Numbered from the stretch's first letter, positions 10,016 through 17,250 are shown. The stretch is 20,000 nucleotides of DNA from an uncultured virus (IMG/VR IMGVR_UViG_3300009873_000002) (IMGVR_UViG_3300009873_000002:108846-128845); one strand, 5' to 3'. The notes: generated by a model not told the origin, from the sequence alone. Translations and numbers: made by a program.

Positions 10016-10031
10016 TTTACAAAATGTGCAT

Positions 10032-10056
10032 AAAAAACCCCGGATAGAACCGGGGA
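10032..10056 (-). terminator. Intrinsic terminator
   Basis: CCCCGG-TTCTAT-CCGGGG followed by TTTTTT right after the stop of 10061..10306. Confidence 0.85.
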
Positions 10057-10060
10057 TATC

Positions 10061-10306
10061 TTAACAAGGTAAAGCTGCGATGAAGTCGATAAGCTCCTGT
10101 TTATACTGGGGTTCTTTAGGTATAGCCCTCATCTTAAAGTAGTTAACAGCTTGTACAATCGAGCTAGGACTCGTTGTTGTACGGGTCCATTCGTTATCCC
10201 AATTAGCGACTTTGTCGTTAAGGATAGCTTTGAACTCGTTGATGTATTCGGTGAGCCCTTGCTCGCATAGAGCATTGGCATCTGGTTGTAATAATTCTAT
10301 AATCAT
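10061..10306 (-). CDS. Hypothetical protein
   Basis: 81-aa ORF ending at the terminator. Confidence 0.7.
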   Translation of the reverse strand: MIIELLQPDANALCEQGLTEYINEFKAILNDKVANWDNEWTRTTTSPSSIVQAVNYFKMRAIPKEPQYKQELIDFIAALPC

Positions 10307-10326
10307 GGGGTCTATGGTTTTACGAT

Positions 10327-10620
10327 TTACTTGTGATTATCCAGCTGTAGATCTACCAGCTTCTTTACGCTTGCTGACAGCTCCTGTACTGTGGTTGCTA
10401 AATTACGTAGTTCAAGCTGTGTTGTTTGCTCAATGCGTTTTACATCACTGTTGAGCTGTAACTCCACAAGCTCAATACGACCTTTGTTCTTACCGGTCTC
10501 TTCGACTGCTTTCTTAGCATCTCCATGAACGATCTTCAGAAAATATCCGATGATCCCAAAGAGGATAAGGATTACGGCTCCGGCCACACCTAACAAAAAG
10601 TACGCTAAATCTGGTGTCAT
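10327..10620 (-). CDS. Membrane-anchored coiled-coil protein (holin/lysis-accessory-like)
   Basis: One N-terminal TM helix (LAYFLLGVAGAVILILFGIIGYFL) followed by a heptad-rich region. Confidence 0.6.
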   Translation of the reverse strand: MTPDLAYFLLGVAGAVILILFGIIGYFLKIVHGDAKKAVEETGKNKGRIELVELQLNSDVKRIEQTTQLELRNLATTVQELSASVKKLVDLQLDNHK

Positions 10621-10626
10621 ATCTGG

Positions 10627-11115
10627 TTATTTACGTGGTTCAAAATATTGGGCTTTGAGTTTATTGCGAGCCTGCAAATAATTCCAGGCATCTCTAGCAT
10701 GTTGCTTCTGACCAAATGCAAAGTTCAGCGCTTTGCTGAACCACTTACCGGTTTTGTTGAGATCGTTATCTATCTCAAGCTTTCCTACGCTGGCAGAAAC
10801 TGATACATTCTTTTCTGTGAAAGTGGTATCCTCTTTTGCGGTGATACAATCCTCCAGGAATTCTCCACCTACTACATTCCACGAAAGATCCCATCCGTAT
10901 GCAAACTCATAAATAGTATGTCCTATTGCAGCACATACACCATCAATGATCCGCCATACAAATCGAAAGATTGCAGTCCATCGATTACCTTTACGTGCAC
11001 GTTTACTAAGCCAAATACCGTATAGTAAGTTGTACACAAAGCCTACCGGTAGTAAGGCTACGCTAACGATCAAAGCCCATAATAAGGCCCATAATGCAAT
11101 TGCTAGTTCTTTCAT
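10627..11115 (-). CDS. Membrane protein, hypothetical
   Basis: Hydrophobic N-terminus (ELAIALWALLWALIVSVALLPVGFVYNLLYGIWL); 162 aa. Confidence 0.65.
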   Translation of the reverse strand: MKELAIALWALLWALIVSVALLPVGFVYNLLYGIWLSKRARKGNRWTAIFRFVWRIIDGVCAAIGHTIYEFAYGWDLSWNVVGGEFLEDCITAKEDTTFTEKNVSVSASVGKLEIDNDLNKTGKWFSKALNFAFGQKQHARDAWNYLQARNKLKAQYFEPRK

Positions 11116-11465
11116 GGTTGGTATCTATTATCGACAACAGCATTTACACACGCTTCATCAGTACAAGCTTTAATCTGGTCCTTCAATGCTGATCCGGAAA
11201 ACAACGGTGTTGTTTTAGCTGAAACTGCAGCCAGATAGAAGTTAATCTTGTTAGCTAAAGTGAGGTAGTAAACACTCTCATCTTTGGTTGATATCGGTAT
11301 AGGAAAAGCAGCATCTGGTAATAATGGTATATTACTCCAGTTGATCTGCGCAGTAAGAGACATAGAAAATGTCTTGTTGTCAAAGACAAACCCTTGATCT
11401 ATGATTAAACGAGATACCTCATCAATCTCGTTGTATCTGATATCTTTTAACTCGTCTAGTGTCAT
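11112..11465 (-). CDS. Tail-associated protein (DUF4376-like)
   Basis: LDELKDIRYNEIDE...GFVFDNKTF...LKDQIKACTDEACVNAV pattern, typical of small genes following tail fibres. Confidence 0.55.
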   Translation of the reverse strand: MTLDELKDIRYNEIDEVSRLIIDQGFVFDNKTFSMSLTAQINWSNIPLLPDAAFPIPISTKDESVYYLTLANKINFYLAAVSAKTTPLFSGSALKDQIKACTDEACVNAVVDNRYQP

Positions 11466-12064
11466 GTTAATATACTGGTTGCTTGGTAAACATCAAGTGT
11501 ATGGTTAGATCCTGCAGTAACAACCTCCCATTGTAAGTCAATTGTATTGGGTATAGCTTTATTCCAGGTTCCTGATCCTCGAACTGTCCGACGATTTATT
11601 TCGGAAGTCGCAGTCTGGTTGAATAATCTGAACAATCCTTCAACCGTATTTCCGGCACGAAAAGTGAGATCTACTTCGAATATGAAGAAACGACCTGATA
11701 TAATACCAACACCCGGTGCAAAAGGAGCAAATGTTAAAGTCAGTCCTCCAATGTTAACTCTGAAGTTTATAGTACCCGGACCTCCGGTTTTACTATATTG
11801 GCAGATGACTTGGATCTTTCTCGAGCGACCATCAACTACTGCAGCATCTACGGGAAATGGCATGCTCATGAAATTGGACATAGGAGATATCCCAGCTTTA
11901 GCATAAGAGGCTGCAACTGGAAAAAGATATTCAGACTTCACATTTCCACTACCTGCAACTATATCAGCCATCGTAGCAAATGGATTGCCCGGTGCTGGTG
12001 CATTAGCATTCATCAAAGCCTTAAACTGGTTGTAAGGCAGTAGTTGGTCTATCTCTGTCTTCAT
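11462..12064 (-). CDS. Putative virion/tail protein (beta-rich)
   Basis: 200 aa, G/T/V-rich beta-strand pattern, within the tail block. Confidence 0.55.
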   Translation of the reverse strand: MKTEIDQLLPYNQFKALMNANAPAPGNPFATMADIVAGSGNVKSEYLFPVAASYAKAGISPMSNFMSMPFPVDAAVVDGRSRKIQVICQYSKTGGPGTINFRVNIGGLTLTFAPFAPGVGIISGRFFIFEVDLTFRAGNTVEGLFRLFNQTATSEINRRTVRGSGTWNKAIPNTIDLQWEVVTAGSNHTLDVYQATSILT

Positions 12065-12921
12065 TAAGATACGTAAGTTACAAGTAAATCGGTTCCTGTT
12101 CCATTATAAGCAATCACAGCTAATGTATCATCTTCTCCATCCGCAGAGAATGATACACGCTCTCCTGGAAGGAGAGTTGCTCCTAATACCGTGGCATTAC
12201 CTCCACCCGCGTTATAAATAGAAGCTGAGCGAGCACCGGCCGGCACTGTACCTGCAGCAGATGCACGCACCATTACAGGAGTTCTTACTACCGCTGTAAA
12301 CTTGGCGCTAAAAGCCGCTAATGTAACTTCTGTTGCCAAAGGTCCTAAAGCTGCAGTAATCGCAGCAAGACCTGCTACTAATGTAGCTTCAGTAGCTCTT
12401 GTAGATAATGGTACATCAAGGTTAGCTGTGTTAGTAACAATACTACCAAGTAATGCATTTGTAGCAAGAAGAGTTACTTCACTGGCACGCGTACTAAGTG
12501 CAACATCAAGATCAGCATTAATTGCTGTTACCTGTGCTAGTATTCCCTCAAGAACAAACTGAGGATTTACAATCTGAATCGGACCAACTGGTACAACTAC
12601 AGCACCGCTTCCGTCATAGTAAATAGGCGGATCGAATGTATGAGTAGTTGTATTCCAGATGCGCACTTGCAAATAAGTTGGACAGTTAGCCGGACAGCCA
12701 ACTCCACCCAAATCCATTACAAGATTTTGCTCGAACTCTTTACCGTTTTGTAATGCAGCAAGAACCATAGTAAGAGTAGCCTCTGTGGCTAATCCTCCAG
12801 GAACTGTTACACCAGCAGCGATCTGAGCAAGCAGATGCCATGCTTTGTTCTGGAACGTGAAGTTATTCCCCTTCGTTCCATAGGTCTTGGTGTTACCTAT
12901 ACTTCCGCCTTTTCCGCTCAT
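12064..12921 (-). CDS. Putative structural protein with internal A(T/S)E(A/V)TL repeats
   Basis: 285 aa, Ala/Thr/Val-rich; repeats LATEATL, LDVALSTRASEVTL, LDVPLSTRATEATL and LATEVTL. Confidence 0.6.
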   Translation of the reverse strand: MSGKGGSIGNTKTYGTKGNNFTFQNKAWHLLAQIAAGVTVPGGLATEATLTMVLAALQNGKEFEQNLVMDLGGVGCPANCPTYLQVRIWNTTTHTFDPPIYYDGSGAVVVPVGPIQIVNPQFVLEGILAQVTAINADLDVALSTRASEVTLLATNALLGSIVTNTANLDVPLSTRATEATLVAGLAAITAALGPLATEVTLAAFSAKFTAVVRTPVMVRASAAGTVPAGARSASIYNAGGGNATVLGATLLPGERVSFSADGEDDTLAVIAYNGTGTDLLVTYVS

Positions 12922-12922
12922 G

Positions 12923-13249
12923 TTATAGCTGATTTAAAAGGTTAATAAATGCGTCAACTTTATCCTTGTCTTGTTGGGACATATTGTTGTAGTCCAACGT
13001 GACTGGAGTCATATCTACAGCAACTGCTATAGGTCGATTAGCATCGATACCTACAGAAGTATTACTGATGGTAACCATGGCCTTGTTTGATAACAAGCTG
13101 GTGAACCCATCATAAACCGGTTGTTGAACCGGCTGTAGTTCAGAACGAGTGATAGCTACAGTTTTTGTAGAACCATCACCTTGTGTTACGAACACCCCCA
13201 TGCAATCAGGGGCTGTTGTATCTTGGAATTGAGTAGCTGTAGTTTCCAT
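12923..13249 (-). CDS. Hypothetical protein (tail block)
   Basis: 108-aa ORF separated from each neighbour by 1 nt. Confidence 0.7.
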   Translation of the reverse strand: METTATQFQDTTAPDCMGVFVTQGDGSTKTVAITRSELQPVQQPVYDGFTSLLSNKAMVTISNTSVGIDANRPIAVAVDMTPVTLDYNNMSQQDKDKVDAFINLLNQL

Positions 13250-13250
13250 A

Positions 13251-15197
13251 TTAGAATACTGTTGGGATTATTAGACCTGGATCAACAATAACCCCGGTCG
13301 GAGTGAATACGTCAGTTACAAAAGCACTATTCGGTTTGCGTGTACGTACATTTTGGAAGCCTGATGTTACGGGAACACTTCCTGCTACAAGCTCTCCAAG
13401 AGCGCCTGCGCTGTCAGCCTCACAATTGTACATATAGATGTTATTACCAAGTTGGAACAAGTCAATCAATGCGATTGTACTATCCACTCGTGCATTATAC
13501 AATCTGCAGTCTTTTAAGTACAGCACATTGTTAGGTTGGTCAGGTAAACCTACATAACCAACACCTTGAACAATTACATAAGGATAAGGACCTGTAGTAC
13601 CGTTGCTCGAAATCAAACCTTGTTCAACCATAACCGGGCAAGTACTGCTCGATTGGCGAATAGCTTCTCGGTTACTTGACACGGATCCTTTGACATACAC
13701 ACGACCAACATCACCAACTACACCATCAGTTTGGATACCGGCATGATCATTTCCTGTGATGTTACCGTAGATCTTTACATTTCCACCGCGTACCGCAACT
13801 GTGTAGTGTTCTACACCAGCTGCTGGAACACCTGTTATAATCATATTACCTCTTACGGTAATATTAGAGGTTATAGGTGTAGTATTACCACAGTTCAATA
13901 CATCACGCTCATAGTTCGATGTACTGTTACCGTTCATGGTGATCTCAGGACATTCGATGTAAAGATTACCTTGGAACACTGCGGCTCCACTGTTTCTCAC
14001 AAAGAATATTCTTCGGTTAGAAATAATGTAGTCACGCACAAATAACTTCACATTACACAATCCACGGAATGTTGACATGAAGTTGAATCCGGCAAATGGA
14101 GTAGCATTGATCTTGTTACCCTTGATTGTAACGTTTGCAGTAGTTACAGTAGGCGCAATAGAGAATGCATAAAATGATGTTGTTATATGATCAAACTCGA
14201 AGTTGATAGTTGATCCTCCAGTGATGTTCAATACACCTATGAAACCATTTACAACAAGACTACCGGTAACTTTACAAGTTACGGATCCACCACCATCCTG
14301 GAATCCTCCAGAGATAATAGTAGCACCTGGTTCGAAATAGAAATCAACAAGGTTTTTGAAAGTCAATGTAGGCGGTGAGTATTGTCCTCTGCGTACATAG
14401 ATCAAAGCAGGTGTACCTGCAGGGGCTGCAGCAAGCGCTGCTTGTATAGTTTGATAAGGACGATCAAGTCTGTTAGGAAGACCGGTACCATCGTTACCAA
14501 ATGCAGCATCTACATAGTAGTCGCTGGCTGGTAAACTGAATGTCGGAGCTGCCGGTGATGTGCACAATCTGGTACCGTCTGGGAAGTGTATACAACCATC
14601 ACAGATATCAGTGATCTCTTGGCGTTCGTAGATAAATCCACCACCACCCCCTGCTTGCCAATCGATGAATGAAATAAGGTAGTACTTATCATTCACCGTA
14701 TCATGCATCACAAGACTGTTACCCGGAAGAGATCCAAAGGATCCGAGGTTATTTATTACCTCATTGTATAACGTGTCATAAGTCAGATTCTTTACCTGAC
14801 TTAAGTCACTTGTATCAAATGACCATTCGGTGTTTGCGGGCGAACCTGCATTTGCAGAGCTTTCCACGAGAGGGTTATACAACCACTGGCTTAATCCACG
14901 AGTGATAGCAACATCTTTATCGATGTTGTCATAAACAGTGGCGCCAGTACCGGTTGGATGATTGAAGATAAATTTCTCACTCAGGGTAAAACTCTTCTGC
15001 AGGTTTACCGAGCATTGAGATACACCCATAGCAGCAATGAAGTCTTCGACAAGCATAGCCATCTCGCGATATTTGGTGCTGTCTCGCTTACTATTTATGC
15101 TGCGACCTACAAGAATGAGGTCTTTATTTTTGATTAACTCAGAGGCTTTAAGAAGACCGTACTGAGCGACCATTGCGTTAAAATTTACTATATCCAT
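13251..15197 (-). CDS. Tail fibre/spike-like protein with right-handed beta-helix (pectin-lyase-like) domain
   Basis: YYVDAAFGNDGTG...PYQTIQAALAA...IYVRRGQY cap motif followed by N/G/I/T-rich beta-helix coils. Confidence 0.7.
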   Translation of the reverse strand: MDIVNFNAMVAQYGLLKASELIKNKDLILVGRSINSKRDSTKYREMAMLVEDFIAAMGVSQCSVNLQKSFTLSEKFIFNHPTGTGATVYDNIDKDVAITRGLSQWLYNPLVESSANAGSPANTEWSFDTSDLSQVKNLTYDTLYNEVINNLGSFGSLPGNSLVMHDTVNDKYYLISFIDWQAGGGGGFIYERQEITDICDGCIHFPDGTRLCTSPAAPTFSLPASDYYVDAAFGNDGTGLPNRLDRPYQTIQAALAAAPAGTPALIYVRRGQYSPPTLTFKNLVDFYFEPGATIISGGFQDGGGSVTCKVTGSLVVNGFIGVLNITGGSTINFEFDHITTSFYAFSIAPTVTTANVTIKGNKINATPFAGFNFMSTFRGLCNVKLFVRDYIISNRRIFFVRNSGAAVFQGNLYIECPEITMNGNSTSNYERDVLNCGNTTPITSNITVRGNMIITGVPAAGVEHYTVAVRGGNVKIYGNITGNDHAGIQTDGVVGDVGRVYVKGSVSSNREAIRQSSSTCPVMVEQGLISSNGTTGPYPYVIVQGVGYVGLPDQPNNVLYLKDCRLYNARVDSTIALIDLFQLGNNIYMYNCEADSAGALGELVAGSVPVTSGFQNVRTRKPNSAFVTDVFTPTGVIVDPGLIIPTVF

Positions 15198-15221
15198 CTT
15201 CGAAGGTATTAGGTGTACAAC

Positions 15222-15253
15222 CTAATATACGAAAATGTTACGATACCTCCAAA
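15222..15253 (-). promoter_or_regulatory. Putative promoter of the tail block (TTTG-N20-TATATTAG)
   Basis: One mismatch to the Bacteroidota -7 consensus, with a correctly spaced -33 TTTG; overlapped by an 8-bp inverted repeat (15207-15227). Confidence 0.45.
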
Positions 15254-15259
15254 TTTTTG

Positions 15260-15331
15260 TTGCCCGAGCTGGATTCGAACCAACCTTCCTTGAACCAAAA
15301 TCAAGTGTCCTGCCAGATAGACGATCGGGCA
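15260..15331 (-). tRNA. tRNA-Gln(UUG)
   Basis: Cloverleaf; anticodon arm CTTGA-TT-TTG-GT-TCAAG; U1-A72. Confidence 0.95.
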
Positions 15332-15336
15332 TTAAG

Positions 15337-15409
15337 AGGTCCCGGAGGGATTCAAACCCCCAACCTTTTGATCCGTATTCAAATGCTCATTCAGTTGAGC
15401 TACGGGACC
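15337..15409 (-). tRNA. tRNA-Arg(ACG)
   Basis: GGTCCCG/CGGGACC acceptor stem; TTTGA-AT-ACG-GA-TCAAA (unusual A32). Confidence 0.9.
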
Positions 15410-15421
15410 TGGTAATCTTTG

Positions 15422-15496
15422 GGTGGCCGGTGGGCTTCGAACCCACAAATCCGAGAACCACAATCTCGTGAGTCTACCCAATTCCTCTACGACCAC
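15422..15496 (-). tRNA. tRNA-His(GUG)
   Basis: CGAGA-TT-GTG-GT-TCTCG; C73; genomic -1 base is T, not G. Confidence 0.93.
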
Positions 15497-15498
15497 AG

Positions 15499-15572
15499 AG
15501 CCCAAGGAGGGAATCGAACCCCCGACCCTCTGTTTACAAAACAGTAGCTCTAACCTGCTGAGCTACTTGGGC
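15499..15572 (-). tRNA. tRNA-Thr(UGU)
   Basis: GCCCAAG/CTTGGGC; ACTGT-TT-TGT-AA-ACAGA. Confidence 0.95.
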
Positions 15573-15580
15573 TTAATCAG

Positions 15581-15655
15581 TACTCCGGACGGGATTTGAA
15601 CCCGTGATCTTCAGGATGAAAACCTGATGTCCTGGACCAGCTAGACGACCGGAGC
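15581..15655 (-). tRNA. tRNA-Glu(UUC)
   Basis: TCAGG-TT-TTC-AT-CCTGA. Confidence 0.95.
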
Positions 15656-15663
15656 AAAACCGG

Positions 15664-15714
15664 TTGATAGGGCGGACCTGGTACTATATCCGCTTTTATC
15701 AGGCATTCCTATCA
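15664..15714 (-). ncRNA. Small structured RNA (tRNA minihelix-like / pseudoknot-capable)
   Basis: TGATAGG/CCTATCA 7-bp stem stacked on a GCGGA/TCCGC 5-bp stem; CCTG/CAGG cross-pairing possible. Confidence 0.4.
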
Positions 15715-15718
15715 TCAG

Positions 15719-15792
15719 TAGCGGGGGTGCGACTCGAACGCACGACCTTTGGGTTATGAGCCCAACGAGCTGACCAACTGCTCTACCCCGCC
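15719..15792 (-). tRNA. tRNA-Met(CAU), initiator-like
   Basis: TTGGG-CT-CAT-AA-CCCAA (three G-C pairs), A11-U24, G1.U72 wobble. Confidence 0.9.
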
Positions 15793-15800
15793 ATTACCTG

Positions 15801-15874
15801 TGGATCCTACCGGTTTCGAACCTGTTACCTTCGCATTATGAGTGCGCTGCTCTAACCAATTGAGCTAAGGATCC
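15801..15874 (-). tRNA. tRNA-Ile2(CAU) (lysidine type; elongator Met not excluded)
   Basis: GCGCA-CT-CAT-AA-TGCGA; Ile2-like body, A73; the leader of this operon contains an ATA codon. Confidence 0.75.
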
Positions 15875-15879
15875 AGTTG

Positions 15880-15952
15880 TACCCTCGGTAGGACTCGAAC
15901 CTACAACCTTAAGCTTAGAAGTCTCCTGCTCTTCCAATTGAGCTACGAGGGC
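15880..15952 (-). tRNA. tRNA-Arg(UCU) with weakened anticodon stem
   Basis: A20 Arg identity element; GGAGA-CT-TCT-AA-GCTTA (G27xA43 and A31xG39 mismatches). Confidence 0.85.
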
Positions 15953-15955
15953 TTG

Positions 15956-16026
15956 TTCCCCCACCGAGAATCGAACTCAGGTCAATAGATTAAAAGTCTA
16001 CGGCTTTACCACTAAGCTATGAGGGA
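15956..16026 (-). tRNA. tRNA-Lys(UUU)
   Basis: GTAGA-CT-TTT-AA-TCTAT; U1-A72; 4-nt variable loop. Confidence 0.93.
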
Positions 16027-16034
16027 ATGAAGAA

Positions 16035-16100
16035 TCATGACGAACGTTTTCGTCTGCTCTTTATTCTATCCCATATCAATAGTACCATTGCCATTTTCAT
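16035..16100 (-). CDS. Putative 21-aa micro-ORF MKMAMVLLIWDRIKSRRKRSS
   Basis: Fills the Val-Lys tRNA spacer; A-rich sequence before the ATG. Confidence 0.35.
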   Translation of the reverse strand: MKMAMVLLIWDRIKSRRKRSS

Positions 16101-16108
16101 TTTTGTTG

Positions 16109-16183
16109 TAGGAACAGAGAGATTCGAACTCCCGGCCCTCTCCTTGTAAGGGAGATGCTCTGAACCAGCTGAGCTATGTTCCT
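16109..16183 (-). tRNA. tRNA-Val(UAC)
   Basis: TCTCC-CT-TAC-AA-GGAGA. Confidence 0.95.
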
Positions 16184-16186
16184 ATT

Positions 16187-16264
16187 TGGTCGACACACAT
16201 GGATTTGAACCACGGACCCCCACATTATCAGTGTGGTACTCTAACCAAGCTGAGCTATGTGTCG
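16187..16264 (-). tRNA. tRNA-Ile(GAU)
   Basis: CCACA-CT-GAT-AA-TGTGG; encoded ACCA end. Confidence 0.95.
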
Positions 16265-16270
16265 ATTTTG

Positions 16271-16343
16271 CGTACTGGGTTGGGTTCGAACCAACGTACT
16301 CTTGATTAACAGTCAAGTGCTGAACCAGCTCAGCTACCAGTAC
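16271..16343 (-). tRNA. tRNA-Asn(GUU)
   Basis: CTTGA-CT-GTT-AA-TCAAG; G73; 5' 14 nt overlap the end of the HNH ORF. Confidence 0.95.
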
Positions 16344-16668
16344 TTTTTGCATGTTCCTCTCTATGACAGTTTGCACATAGAAGTTCACATTTGTCAATTT
16401 CCTCTTTAACCTTTTCCCAACTCCGTGTGTATCCCTTGTCACTAATACTAAAATCCTTACCTCCTTTATGATGGAAATCAAGAGCATCCACGCATTTATC
16501 ATATCCACACCTCTCACATTTACCACCCTTATAAGCTACAGCCATTAGCTTAATCTTCTTCCTACGCTTAGCTACAGCTTCGACCATGCACTTTTTACAT
16601 CTCCAACAGTTTTGATCCTTTCTGAGAGAGTGTTCTTGTAAACCATGCTTACGACATTCCTTTTCCAT
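16330..16668 (-). CDS. HNH endonuclease (Zn-finger type, putative homing endonuclease)
   Basis: CKKC, CERC..ALDFHH...CELLCANCHREEH; start at ATG 16668 (MEKECRKHG). Confidence 0.88.
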   Translation of the reverse strand: MEKECRKHGLQEHSLRKDQNCWRCKKCMVEAVAKRRKKIKLMAVAYKGGKCERCGYDKCVDALDFHHKGGKDFSISDKGYTRSWEKVKEEIDKCELLCANCHREEHAKSTGS

Positions 16669-16672
16669 TCTA

Positions 16673-16703
16673 CAAAGGTATAACAATTTCTTGTTATACC
16701 AAT
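16673..16703 (-). promoter_or_regulatory. Internal promoter for HNH (ATTG-N19-TACCTTTG) within a perfect 10-bp inverted repeat
   Basis: TACCTTTG at 16673-16680, 4 nt before the ATG; GGTATAACAA-GAAA-TTGTTATACC at 16677-16700. Confidence 0.65.
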
Positions 16704-16706
16704 CTT

Positions 16707-16811
16707 TGGGGCCGAGTAGGGTTCTTAACCCACATCCATCGTCTTTAAGTCAACGACCGTTTTCACCTCCAGTGTCAGCACGCCACACCGGATCTTTTAA
16801 ACTATCGGCCA
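16707..16811 (-). ncRNA. tRNA-like RNA with a hairpin inserted in the D-loop
   Basis: GGCCGA/TCGGCC acceptor followed by CCA; TA; GTTT/AAAC D-stem enclosing TCCGGTGT/ACACTGGA; GTCGTT/GACGAT stem with GACTTAAA loop; GTGGG/CCTAC T-like stem. Confidence 0.65.
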
Positions 16812-16817
16812 ATCCTG

Positions 16818-16891
16818 CGGTCTATATGGGACTCGAACCCATGATCTCCTCCGTGACAGGGAGGCGTCCACTCCAACTGGACTGATAGACC
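16818..16891 (-). tRNA. tRNA-Asp(GUC)
   Basis: CCTCC-CT-GTC-AC-GGAGG; G73; C8 instead of U8. Confidence 0.93.
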
Positions 16892-16903
16892 TTCAATTGC
16901 TTC

Positions 16904-17029
16904 GAGAGACACTCTTGCAAAACACAGCTTTTTCAAACATCGTCCTCGGCTTCTAAGGACTGTGGGCTTTAACCACTCTGTGTTCATCATACCATCTCAG
17001 CCAACAGTACTGCTGTCACTGTATCTCTC
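16904..17029 (-). ncRNA. Candidate multi-branched structured RNA
   Basis: Closing stem GAGAGATAC/GTGTCTCTC; inner AACACAG/CTGTGTT enclosing GTGG/CCAC and GTCCT/AGGAC hairpins. Confidence 0.45.
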
Positions 17030-17059
17030 AGGCGCCCAAGTGATAGTTGGGTACCGGTG

Positions 17060-17133
17060 AGCGAGTGGTGAGACTCGAACTCACAACACCCTGCTTGGAA
17101 GGCAGGTACTCTAGCCAATTGAGCTACACTCGC
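17060..17133 (-). tRNA. tRNA-Gly(UCC)
   Basis: CCTGC-CT-TCC-AA-GCAGG; U73. Confidence 0.95.
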
Positions 17134-17175
17134 TGGTCGAGCGGATTTTAACGAGTACCGCCCATACTCTCGTTG

Positions 17176-17250
17176 TGGAATGGCTGGGATTTGAACCCAG
17201 GACCTTCTGCTTGCAAAGCAGCTGCTCGACCAGACCGAGCTCCGCACCCC
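17176..17250 (-). tRNA. tRNA-Ala(UGC), atypical
   Basis: G3.U70, A73; GCTGC-TT-TGC-AA-GCAGA; extra base at the acceptor-D junction and no U8/A14. Confidence 0.8.

Noticed and set aside
499..14692. Short antisense or alternate-frame ORFs inside the large minus-strand genes
   Set aside because: Fully nested in well-supported genes; typical shadow ORFs.
94..15197. Stop-codon reassignment (TAG or TGA), as in some crAss-like phages
   Set aside because: Portal, TerL and tail genes are full length in code 11, TAG ends the portal gene, and no convincing suppressor tRNA is present.
15880..15952. Amber suppressor (CUA) reading of the CTTCTAAG loop
   Set aside because: Stem register centres TCT, A20 indicates Arg, and shifting to CUA destroys the pairing.
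16892..17055. Hammerhead ribozyme or 6S RNA
   Set aside because: No CUGAnGA/GAAA core in the right stem context, and the fold is branched rather than a rod with a central bubble.
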